NCBI GenBank assembly: GCA_951406725.2 | Contig: OX597820.1 | Location: forward strand, 112,344,001 to 112,408,000 | Direction: 5' to 3' | DNA: 64,000 nt | DNA from: Octopus vulgaris | Taxonomy: Eukaryota | In this document: in pieces, positions 24,934-36,499 of the stretch | Position numbering within the stretch: the stretch's first letter is position 1 | Layout: each line of letters opens with the position of its first letter | Position numbers and translations under genes: made by a program | The notes under the pieces: model-generated | Told to the model about the DNA's origin: nothing | The model's database searches: none | What the model saw: the letters and a program-made list of their open reading frames with translations, nothing else

Positions 24934-25706
24934 CTAAATGAAAATCAAAAGCATCAATACACAGAAACATGGCAATTACACAGAATGAGAATGTACAATG
25001 TTATTAATCCTTCTGTTATGAGGAAGAAAGTACCATATTATATTATTGGTACCTAGTTTGAAAATACATAATATAGTACTGTTGTATATTTGAGACAAAT
25101 GTTAATACATAATAGAGGAATGAAATGGAGACATATCGCAGAAATATGTCATTCGCAGCTTAATGAATATCACATCAAAGCTTAACATGTTTTGCTTTCA
25201 AACTCTTAATTTCATAATTTTAGTTTCAATTTCATAGTTTATTTTAAGTTTATTTTTTATCTTTATAATTTATTTTTATGTTTTAATATTTTGCCTTTAA
25301 ATAATAGTTAGGGTTAGTTGAATTTTAAGTTTTAATTTTAATATGTAAAAAAATTTAATTTTAAAAATTTAATTTTTTAATCTTGAAATTAAAAAAAAAT
25401 TTCAATATCACATTACTTTTTAATATTTGATTTTAATATCTAATGTTTTGATTTTAATATCTAATTTTTAATTTTTAATTTTTAACATAATTTTAGAATA
25501 TTTATCAATTTTTGAGAAAATTTTTGGGTATTCTAATTTTTATTCTTATTTTTAATGTTTAATAGTTAATATTTAAATTTTAATTTTAAAAATTTAAATT
25601 CAAACTTTTAAATGTTGAGTAATGGATAGCTAATACCATCCAACCCTCTAGAAATATTAATAACAAGGTTATTGTATCTGAAGTCAATCCCAATAGAATT
25701 AAATTT

Positions 25707-26096
25707 ATGTCAAGTAACTCTAAGATTAAAAATTCTATATACCAGTGTATAATCAGTACTCGTAATAAAGTACGATTTTACATTGGAAGCACATCGTTAG
25801 AGTTATCTAAAAGAATTTCTATCCATTACTCAACATTTAGGGATAGAAATAAACGGAATAGTACCGGTCTCAGCAAACTGATTTGGGATTTAAAAGACCA
25901 CAATGAACAATTTCATTTAGAATGGTTGATCCTCTCAATTTCGATACCATATGACAAAGGCAAGAAATTCTGTCTTCTCTGCAATTCTGAGCTATTTTTC
26001 ATTATTTTTTCTAAAAATACTCTAGTAAACACGGTTATAGAACGAGCATACAGATGTAAGCATTGGCAGAAACATACATTTAGTGCATATAAGTAG
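25707..26096 (+). mobile_element. Penelope-like element GIY-YIG endonuclease remnant
   Basis: SIYQC...FYIGST...KRISIH...LSKLIWDLK...CLLCNSE; no RT upstream. Confidence 0.8.
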
Positions 26097-26577
26097 TCTC
26101 TATCATTATATATAATTTAAACTTTAATTTCCTTTATATTTAACATTCACTATTAATATCCCTACTCTTTCTGTTAGCTACTTATGACGTTATATCATAT
26201 AACGTTTTTTTAAACAATATTAATAGCGTTCTGTCTATCGCTATACAAATCCATCATTTTTTGCTAAAATGTCGTATTGACGAGTTTCGTTTTTTTCACT
26301 ATCCCAAAGAGAAGATTGCATTGTTTATACCATTTATTCTTTTGAATAGTATCAGTGGAATTTTCGAAACATGTGTCGAAAGTAAAAATACTTGTTTAAA
26401 CCTGCGTTAACTCCATTTTTTATTCATATTATTCAAAATATTCAACGTAAACACAAAGTTTCAACCTTTATAAACAAGGAGTTACAACATCTTTACTTGT
26501 GAGATTTTTGCTGCCCTGGTAACTATTTATTTATTCTTCCGTGTTAATTGTTAACAAGGTAAAAATACACTCATCTA

Positions 26578-26620
<43 letters not shown>

Positions 26621-26636
26621 CATATATACATATATA

Positions 26637-26719
<83 letters not shown>

Positions 26720-27202
26720 ACATGTATATTGGTCAATACTTCATATATCCAAAAAAGAAGCACACTCTAAAACATTTATTAAAATTACTTCCACCTGTTG
26801 ATGATATATCACATTTACCAGGGACATTTAAACCAACTCCTTATGATAAGGGGAGATAATTTGAAGAATCAAGAATTCTCAAAAGGTTACATTTCATTAA
26901 GGAAAAGGACAGGCTTATTGTATGGAGATAGAGGACAGTCACAGATATGTGGCTCTATGTCAGTAAGCATCATCAGTGTTACAGTTGTCCTAATCTATCT
27001 CTGGCAGCCAAGAGGCAGAGACATATCCATAAGGAGCAGAATACTTTTATGGCCTATGTAATTGGCATAAATTAAACAAAAATGAGCTAAATAATTCAGA
27101 ATGGCCAAGGGAATGTATATGAACAACATAAACAAATACAGGTATATTGAGTATCATACAATATAAATTCTTGATTTGTTAAAATTATTTCTACCTCTAG
27201 AG

Positions 27203-27480
27203 CAGGGTTTCTCAACCATTTTTTTTTTATCTATGAGCCCCTTTGATAGCTATTTTATTCTGATGGACCCCCATAGCCATTTGATGTTTAAAAATACTTC
27301 TTTCAAAATTCCTATTTTGTTTTAATCACACTAACTTGTGTAGGTTGAACAGTGTAAAACTTTAGAGGAAAAAATCCAATCTGTTTCTTACAGTCCATAC
27401 CAATATGTGCATCTAAAGCAAAATTTTTCCAGGGGCCCTTAAAATACTGTTTGGTTTCATGCCCACCACCACAAACATTA
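27203..27480 (+). mobile_element. hAT (Charlie/Buster-like) MITE, left part
   Basis: CTCTAGAG target-like octamer followed by CAGGGTTTCTCAAC; right TIR not recognised. Confidence 0.45.
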
Positions 27481-27993
27481 TATGGCCTCTGAGGATGTAT
27501 CACAATTACCAAATGGCAATTAAAACCAGCTTAATATGAAAAATGGGGAGATGACCTCAAAAATTTAGACTTCAATCCACCAATATGAGTATATTGTGGA
27601 TGTGTTAAATGACAATTTTTAATATTGGTCATGAATTTGTTAGTGATGAGTGTTGTCAATTAAATCAACACCAATATATGACCTGTATGCATTTTATTAA
27701 CCTTGAATAAATGAAAGTAAAGTTAGTAATGACAGAATTTGAATCAATGGGGAAACAAATGTAATCCTGTTAGAAATTGTTACTTTGTTAATCTGTGTGT
27801 TGAATAATGAATGTTGATTAAAGTTTGATCATCACTCAGGATAGAATGTCTAAATTGTAGACAGGGTGCTATGTGTACATAACAGTGAAGGTAGTATGTT
27901 TATATAGAAGTCAGGACACTATGTCTGTAATAATCAAGGTACTGTCTTTATAAGAAATAACAGTGGTATCTCTCTCTTGTTCTCTTTCTCTCT

Positions 27994-28039
<46 letters not shown>

Positions 28040-28259
28040 ATCCCTATAAACACACACATGCACACAAACATACAGAAGTAAAATGTCATCTCACTATAGG
28101 ACTCGTGTACTATGTCTATAAAATAGGAAGAGTACTCTGAATAAATAGCTGTCGGAATGCTTTGTACTGCAATCACAGTATTGTACTTGCATAACAATCA
28201 GAAAACTATCTTATACACGCTCACAACATACACAAGTAACTCAAAGGGCAAGAGTTGTG

Positions 28260-28848
28260 TGCACTCAGGTTTGTAACAACACAAACATGCATATCCATGT
28301 GCATATACACACACTAACACACACATCAGAAAGATAATTATGTCTATATAATACTCAGATTTCTATGACTGTTCTGTCAGGTTACTATGTCTATATTGCA
28401 ATTAAATAACTGTTTGTATAGTTATCTTTATGTTTATATAAGAGTCAGGTTACTATGTCTAAATAGTAGCCAAGAAGCGTCAATGAATATTCAAAGTTAG
28501 TATTCCTTCAAGTCCTAAAGAACATTACAAGACAGTGCCACATCCAGGTTTCCAGGGAACATGCCACCTATGGAAGCTGGTTTTGTAGTTTATGTAATAG
28601 TTGAAGGGGTAGTTAATGTGGTGGCGATTGGGTGTGGTAACCTGTGACATTGGAGTAGTAGTTGGTGTGGTAGTTGGTGTGATGGTCGTATGAAGTTTTG
28701 TGCATTGCACTCAGCTTTGTAACAACACAAACATGCACACCCATGTGCATATACACACACTAACACACACATCAGAAAGGTAATTATGTCTATATAATAC
28801 TCAGATTTCTATGACTATACTTTCAGGTTACTATGTTTATATTGCAAT
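28260..28848 (+). repeat. ~145-bp direct duplication (approx. 28260-28402 and 28707-28848)
   Basis: TGCACTCAG.TTTGTAACAACACAAACATGCA...CAGGTTACTATGT.TATATTGCAAT occurs twice. Confidence 0.85.
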
Positions 28849-29007
28849 ATGGTGTTAGTGATGGTTGATATGGTGTTAGTGATGAGTGTTGTCAATTAAA
28901 TCGACTCCATTATATGACTGGTATGTGCAGTATGTATGCTGTGTTGATTAAATTAACAGAAGTCTAACAGGAAGAGGCTCACAATTGAAAGAGATGATGT
29001 TACTTAC

Positions 29008-29082
29008 CTCATTCTTACGAACCAGACCAATCACTCCTGCTGCAATCTCGATGCAGAATATAGTGGACACACACAGTATATA
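29008..29082 (-). CDS. Tetraspanin, coding exon 3 (YILCVSTIFCIEIAAGVIGLVRKNE; TM3)
   Basis: tattacag|TAT acceptor, GAG|GTAAGT donor; 75 nt, phase 0; TM3 ExxxG motif. Confidence 0.92.
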
Positions 29083-30444
29083 CTGTAATATATAGAATTT
29101 AAATGTGTTATATATACTTATGATGAATGCAAATAAGATATACTGTAATATGCAGAATGTATACATGTTACATATTTATTGATACAATGCAAGACAATAC
29201 AAGTCAAACAGCTGTTTCTGATCAAAATACCAGGATGCAGTCTATGCATAAATGCGAGAATAAAATTCTTCATCTTGGTAGGGCAACAGATCTTCATCAG
29301 AGTGAGAAACAAGAGCATACAATATATACAAAAGGAAAAAGGAAAAGGATATAAAACATGGTATAGACAAAAAGCCTAGAAGCCCAATATGTTAAATGCA
29401 CATAGTTATTTAGCATCAGGGCTCAAAGAGTGTAGATGAGAGAGTGAGCTATTAAAGGACTAGGGAATACTACAAATTATTAACGGGAGGGTGCAGTTAG
29501 GAGGTGGGGGTTGGAGTGTTAAGAAAAAAGAAGTTATCAAGAAGCTCTATGTAAAAAAAATAAAATAATATTAACATAAATATCAAAGGTCAAATCTACG
29601 TTAACGGAGAAAACTTAAGTAAAGATAAACAAATTAAAGTAGGTTACTAAAGTAAAAATTTACTTGCAAGAAATTAATACCAAGAATCCCCCCTATGGTC
29701 CACAATAGGGTAAGTCTCAGTCCAGCAATCTCTGCATAGGTCAGTAACAATTTAAACAGATCACCTGTTAAAACTGCTACAAAGGATTTGTTTATAAATA
29801 AACAAGAAAAAGAAAGGAAAGCAAACGGTAAAGGAGATAAAAAAAAGAAGAATTTAAGGGCTGCTTATGTCTTTCAGCATCTTAATGGTATAACATGTGA
29901 AAGGGAAACATAATGGGACCAAGAGGTAATTGATTAAAAGAATGCAACAGGTCGTGGTAGGTCAGCAGTTCAATGAAAAACAAGGAAAAAAAGGAAAAAA
30001 AGGGAAAAAATATATTGCTGAACCTCGTATATAGCAAATTGTAGTAAAAATTAAGTATATACCAGTATGTAAGAAAAATAAAATGTGCAGGTGATCTACA
30101 GAACTTAAAAAAGCACTAACAGTTAGGTGGATAATATTTAAAGCCAAGTCACATGCTAAAATATCAAATAATGAAACTTCCGAGATAACAACAGCAATCT
30201 AATTAAGCTCAAAAGCATTACATAAACATAAAAGTAAATTATTTCTATTATTATAAACCCCACCAAAAAATAATATAAAGGCCCTAATGGGTATAATAGA
30301 TGGGTACAATTAATGCCGAGATCACATGAGATCCTATGAGAAAAAGTAACCTTGAAATAAGCATTTTACTAAGTAAGCCGAAAAAGCAAAAATAAATGCC
30401 CCAAGTTAGGAGAGAAAATTACTAATTAAATCTAATCATTAAAA

Positions 30445-30827
30445 TCTCTCTATATATAAACGGCAATTTGTCTGTGTGTGTGTCTGTGTGTCTGTCAGGT
30501 TGTACCCTCACCCTGACCATGGCTTTCAACCGATTCTGATGAAACTTGACACACACATAGCCCAATGTCATAATTCAAAACTAACGCAGCGAAAATTTTG
30601 GAAAGTTCCCCCAGTTCTGAAAAAAATCGATAAATTCGACATGGGGTCAAGAATCAGAAACACAAACCACAGACAGTCTAGGGGACGCAACTCGACCTTT
30701 TTAACTCTCAAAAAAAATTTACCATCATTTTTTTCCCATTTTTTTCTATTTTTTGGCTATAACTCTCTAAAAATGCTTTATAGTTATTTCCCTTACAAAC
30801 CCGAGCAACGCCGGGCGATACTGCTAG
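30445..30827 (+). mobile_element. Non-autonomous Helitron-like element
   Basis: A|TC start, CCCGAGCAACGCCGGG hairpin, CTAG|T end. Confidence 0.72.
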
Positions 30828-32373
30828 TTATAAATAAAAGTGTATTAACTCCTGGTGGGTGAAAAAAATATTAGTGGGCTTAGTGTACAAAAAAGTAAAG
30901 GAAAAACTAATAAATAAATGATAAAGTGGAATGATAAAATAAAATGAAAAGAAAAGAAAAGGGTGATAGAATCAAGTATGGGGGTGGGGGGATATAGTAC
31001 ACGTATAAGTTGGGCTAATAATGTGATGGAAAGCATAAGGCCTTTAGTGTTCTCAGATCAGTAATAATAGATATAAAAAGCAAAATACAAGGGGTTATGT
31101 GTTAGTAAAGTGCAGGAAATCCATTCATATGGTATATGAGATAGGTAATAGGAATGGGGGGGGGGTTACATTAGAAACTTAACAGAAGGGTAAGGGGAGG
31201 AGTTAGATATTTAAGTAACTAGGAGAGCCTTGGTTATTCATAACAAGATGACATCCAAAAAGTGTAAGATGTAAAACGTCCATTAAACTAAAAGGGGCTC
31301 CTATTTGTATGCTGTGGAATTATACGTAATAATATGAGATAATGAAAATATATCTAAAGTTAATAATTATATGAAGTAGGAAATAGATTAGGGTGGGAGG
31401 TAACATATAAGACTTAGGGAAAGGAGTAGAGGTTTTTTTTAATTAGACTACCTACATGAAACTATACTTCTAAGCAAGACAAAAAATAAAGGGATGAGAT
31501 GTATAACCGATATTAAACTAATGCGGTTACTAATTAGAAGCTGTGGGGTTATCAGTACTAATTATGGAGTAGTATGAGTATTTCTAGTGTTATTTATATC
31601 TAGTGAAAATAGACCCACCTTTATGCAGGCAAGCTATACTACGCTCAACTCCCAGGTTCACTAACGTAATTTGTGCAGTTAGGATTTTAAAATCTCATTT
31701 ATGCAAAGGTGACATTTTCTATTTTTTCCCTTATATGAAGGTGCAGTAGCAAGGATCTCACAATTTAATGTGAAGCTTGTGTTACTATCTTTGAGCTCCC
31801 AGTCGAATTGATTAAGTTTCTGTTTCCAAAGAATGCTGGTGCATGGCCAGTCTATGTTTTATTTCATTCTGGGTTATTCTGATATAACTCCATTTACTAG
31901 ACTTTCTTGTGACGGTGCATTGATAGATAGCTTCCTTAATTCTACAGTCGCTACCAAATGTACAGGTATTCCAGTTCCTACAGTCACATAGGTTATTCTG
32001 CTGGGTGGAATAGCTACCTAGTGGGGAAAGATCAGGTCTGTTGAGGCTAAAGTGGTTACTTTGGTTCTGAGAGCATTCTGTACGAAGGCAGGGGTAGTGG
32101 TTATTGTTATTATTACTACTAATGCCACTGACCGTACCATATATGTTTCTATTTGAGTAGAAAGTATCTAATTTATTATTATTCAGAGAGGATATAATGC
32201 TCAGTTTCTAGACATGAGTGGTCGCAAGACCAAGGCCTCTTCCACGATTTTTAAAAAATGTGGTGGAAAACCAGCTCAGGAAAGCAGAGATACTACTCCT
32301 TGAGACCCCTACCTACTCTAATTAAATATTCTACAAGACTTGAAATTGTCGTCCTGCCTTGGTTTTGTTTTCC

Positions 32374-32428
<55 letters not shown>

Positions 32429-32480
32429 CATGCATAAATATATGTATAAAGATATATATATATATGAATATATATATATA

Positions 32481-32908
32481 ATTTAGATGACAATTTATTC
32501 TCTGTACCCTGTATATATATATAAGAATAAATTTATTCAATAAAATCACCATTAGTTTCAGCCACGGCCTCCAGACGACTTCAGAACCTCCTGCAACTCT
32601 TCTAGATGGTTCCCTCATTTAAGTTGGTGAATGCTGCCATAATATTTGCCTTTAGTTCATCTTTGGTGTTACAAGGAGTTTTGTTGATCTCTCACTCAAC
32701 TGCGCCCCACACATGATAAATCAAGGGGGCTGCAGTCTGGGGAGTTAGGTGGCCAGATGTTAGGGGTGATGTGGTTGCAGAAATTGTCTGACAGCCATGA
32801 CTGGGTTCTCTTGCTTGTATGGCATGGTGTAGAGTCCTGTTACCAGGCATAAGGTCTTTCAGCAGCCACCCCCTTGAGCCAGGGCTCAACATGGAGGCCT
32901 ACATTATT
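32481..32908 (-). mobile_element. Rearranged mariner-type remnant
   Basis: Homologous to 48952-49450; both end pieces are in opposite orientation to the middle. Confidence 0.75.
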
Positions 32909-32909
32909 A

Positions 32910-33490
32910 TTTAGTACATTTTCACTATTTGATCTCTTTAAAATTTCAAACAGCTCCATGCAGCAAATCCTGCACCCATACCTGCTATTTAAGTACAGTT
33001 TAGCAACCCTAATGATATGCCAACTCAAATTGAATTTAACATTGTCATCCTTGAGTTCCCAAATCTTCATGGCTAGTGGTGTCCTGCCAGCCCTGTGTCT
33101 TAATTTAAAGGAAGAATTGTGGTTACGTAAGCACCCCTTCAGATTTATGGAGTAGCCAATATAAGTATAAGTATTGGTCTCTGTTACATCACATTTGTAA
33201 ACAACATTTACAGCTAGACATTGACCAGGAAATAGACAAGATATTTTATCTAAATTATTGCACTCGATGTTTTCTAATACTTGAAATTTATCATTATGGG
33301 CATGTGATCCAACGTTATTATGGCATAATAATTCAAGTTCATGAGAGTTACTGGTGTACAGATGGTAGTTGCTGGGGTTTATATTACTATGATTAATACT
33401 ATTATGATTATAATTAGTTGCTGAGTCTGGGGTTGGAGACTGTTGGTACTGGGCATTGCTGTGAGAGATTTGGCTTTCAGATAGTGGCAA
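32910..33490 (-). mobile_element. Penelope-like GIY-YIG endonuclease remnant
   Basis: CLAVNVVYKC...YIGYS...LRNHNSSF...LAMKIWELK...CRICCMEL; Asn-rich linker; homologous to ORF 25707..26096. Confidence 0.8.
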
Positions 33491-33592
33491 CCAGCATCCA
33501 AAATTTCAATTTTATAACTAGCGAAAAGAAAAAGACAGAAAAAAAGAGAGAAAAAAAGGACAGAAAAAGAAAAGGAAAATGAAGAAGAATAT

Positions 33593-34620
33593 TTAATCAA
33601 ACAGTTTTGTATAAATTTGATGATATTCTATCATTTTATTCATTCCTTCAGGGCTTGATGTTGATAACCTGCAATCATATTTCTCCTCATGCATTTTGAG
33701 TATTGGAAGTGAAGCAGAGTCAGAATATTTTCTGAGAATAAACACTTTCAAGTCTTTTTCAAAATTGCAGCTGTTTGAAGCAAAATGTTTGGCAAATTCT
33801 GTTGAACTACTGTTATTGCGCCTGACATCATATCTGTGCCCATTAAATCTTAACCAACATAATTCAAATTGCGTTTTGTGCATTCTGCAGTGTACACCAA
33901 ATGGGAACCTTTACATGTACCACCTTCTGTATAAATCATAACATTTCTGTTATGATTCCTGATGGAATTCACTTGACTAATGTTGTTGCACAATGAACAG
34001 GTCTTACCTCTCTTGTGGCTGTTTTTCAAGGTACAGTGAGCAGTTATTCCAATGTTAGTTTTCTTGGAGTCAGAAACAGAGGTCAATAGTTCTCTTATAT
34101 TTTTATTCCATCTAAAGGATACATTAGACGGTTGAAGAAATATCTGTTTGAAACGAGGATATTTTTCTGCAACATGCTGGTAACTTTCATGCAACATTTT
34201 TGAAATGTCAGCGAAATTTCGGTGCCAGTTAATTACTAAAGGAATTCTGTCACATATTGTATTGTGTCCGCTAAAATTATGTGTGAAGGTTTGACTTTCT
34301 TTGCTAGTCATAGCTGTCTCATTTGCTATTTCCTTTAATCGTGATTCACTGTAACTGCGCTTGACACAATGGTGTACAAAAGCATTTGCATTTCCAGTAA
34401 TCCTCTATGTCAATACAAATCCATTTTATCCTCAAAAATTGGGATTTCGGATTTGACTGAATTATATGAGGTGGATGATTGGAGGTAAATGTGGGATGAT
34501 GTGGGCTTGCAAAATAACTCTGTCACTATTCTGCCTCCAGAAAACTTAACTTTTGTGTCCAAAAATTCAACGTTACTTTTTGTGGAACTAGAGGTGAATT
34601 TTATGTTGGACTTAAAGCCA
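33593..34620 (-). mobile_element. Penelope-like element (RT C-terminus, linker, GIY-YIG), frameshifted
   Basis: VEFLDTKV/ELFCKPT RT end, RIPLVINWH, CSLC, CKGSHLVY...YVG, RFNGH...AKHF. Confidence 0.8.
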
Positions 34621-35171
34621 TAGTTTTAGAATAACAGTCACAGAAATGTAGGAAAGCAATTAAACTCTTGGGATATTCTTTTGTTTGTAAAATTACTTTT
34701 CATCTGATGATTACAGCTTTTTGTAATTGAATAATTTTCTCAGTCTTCTATTGAAGATGATTTGTAAGAAACAGCTGTAATGAGCTGACGATTATCCATT
34801 GTATATTATTATGCACACACACACACACACACGCACACACACACACACACACATATGTATATATATATATATACACACACACACAGATGCACACATGCAT
34901 ATATACATATTTTGGCACATACATCATAATGTCCTTCCTTTTAAAGATGGTAGAGGGTTATTGGAAGGAGCTTTGCCTTCTATTTCTATTGAGACAAATA
35001 ATCATGTAGAGGTTCCCATTGGGGTCAGAGGAGCTTCCTCATTATAAGAGAGATGTAAGAAGTGAGCCAATATGGCTGAAACAATGTAACTAAGAACCTT
35101 GTATAAACAAGAAATGAAAAAAAAAAAGAGGTTCTGAAATGGAAAGAAGAGGTAAAAAAATGGTTCCTTAC

Positions 35172-35366
35172 CAAAATTAACAAGCAATGACTCTCCAGGA
35201 AGGCTGCACAGAAACCAAGGATACAAACAATAATGGTAATAATACCAGCAGCAACCAATAAAGAAACAATAATTGTAAACTTGACTTCTGGTAGAACTGC
35301 CATGTAGACGGCTGCCTCAGATATCTGAAGATAGATTCCTAAAGCAAGCATCACCACTCCCAGTAC
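35172..35366 (-). CDS. Tetraspanin, coding exon 2 (VLGVVMLALGIYLQ...GFCAAFLESHCLLIL; rest of TM1, EC1, TM2)
   Basis: ttacag|GTA acceptor and TTG|GTAAGG donor; 195 nt, phase 0; G(F/C)CxA..E..CLL motif; lies within ORF 35025..35507. Confidence 0.93.
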
Positions 35367-35969
35367 CTGTAATATAGAATGAGAATCCAAACGATGATGA
35401 ATAATGATGATAATTGCAATGATGACAATGATGATGATGATGGTAATGATGATGACTACAACTCTGCCATTAATGATTAAGATTAGGATGAATTCTAAGT
35501 CAGACACGTGTTCAATATGATAATGGTTTCAAATTTTGGTACAAGGCCAGTAATTTTGGAGGGAGGCTGTCGGTCAATGACATTAACCATCAGATTTTGC
35601 CATCACACTGCCTTCAAGGTCAATATAATAATGGTAATGATGATGATGATGATGACGACGACAACGACGATGATGGTGATGATGATGGTGATGGTGATGA
35701 TGATGATAATGAAATTCAAAAATTCAACAAGTTGAACATCTCTTCCTCCTACTATTTCCTTAAACACTCACACTCCTTAAATCATCACAAGTACAAAACA
35801 AAAGTTGAAACTAAACAACATTCAATAATACCTTTTAATAATAAATAGAAATAACAATAATGATGGTAATAATGATGATGGTGGTGATAATGATAATAAT
35901 AATGTTGGATCAGAGGAAATATTAGCAATGACAAATAGTAGTAAAAAAAAATGAAAATAATAATATCAG

Positions 35970-36000
<31 letters not shown>

Positions 36001-36499
36001 GATGATAATAATAAGAGAGTAACCTGCTACCCACATAAATCCTACCAAGAATAACACCGAACCCAGCCGAAGACACAGAAACATTAATATAACCAAGCAG
36101 GACAATGGTAAGGTGACTCTCAAAGACTGGAATATCTGAAATTTCATGTGAGAGTTTTGAATCTCCCTCAAAACTTGCATATCTACAGCTTTCGAACACA
36201 CAAATGAATAACTCAAGAAAACTTAAAAGCTTTAATATATTAAATTTTGTGCGAAACTTTTTTTATCTTTCTTTTCTCCCTGACTATTTAAATATGTAAA
36301 CATACCTTTTATTGCAACAACACAACTGAATTCAGAAATTCAAAAATTCAACAATGTGAATATCAATGTGAATATGTGAATATCAATGTGAAAACAATGT
36401 GAATTGTTTTTCCTACCAGTATTACAAATAGAACAGGGTGAATTGCCTCATTGGCCACTAGTAGTAGTAAACACATTTGACCTCTGCTAACCCAAAGGG

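Noticed and set aside
35025-35507. 160-aa hydrophobic ORF as a stand-alone membrane protein
   Set aside because: Only 35172-35366 is exon; the N-terminal poly-Ile comes from an (ATC)n repeat.
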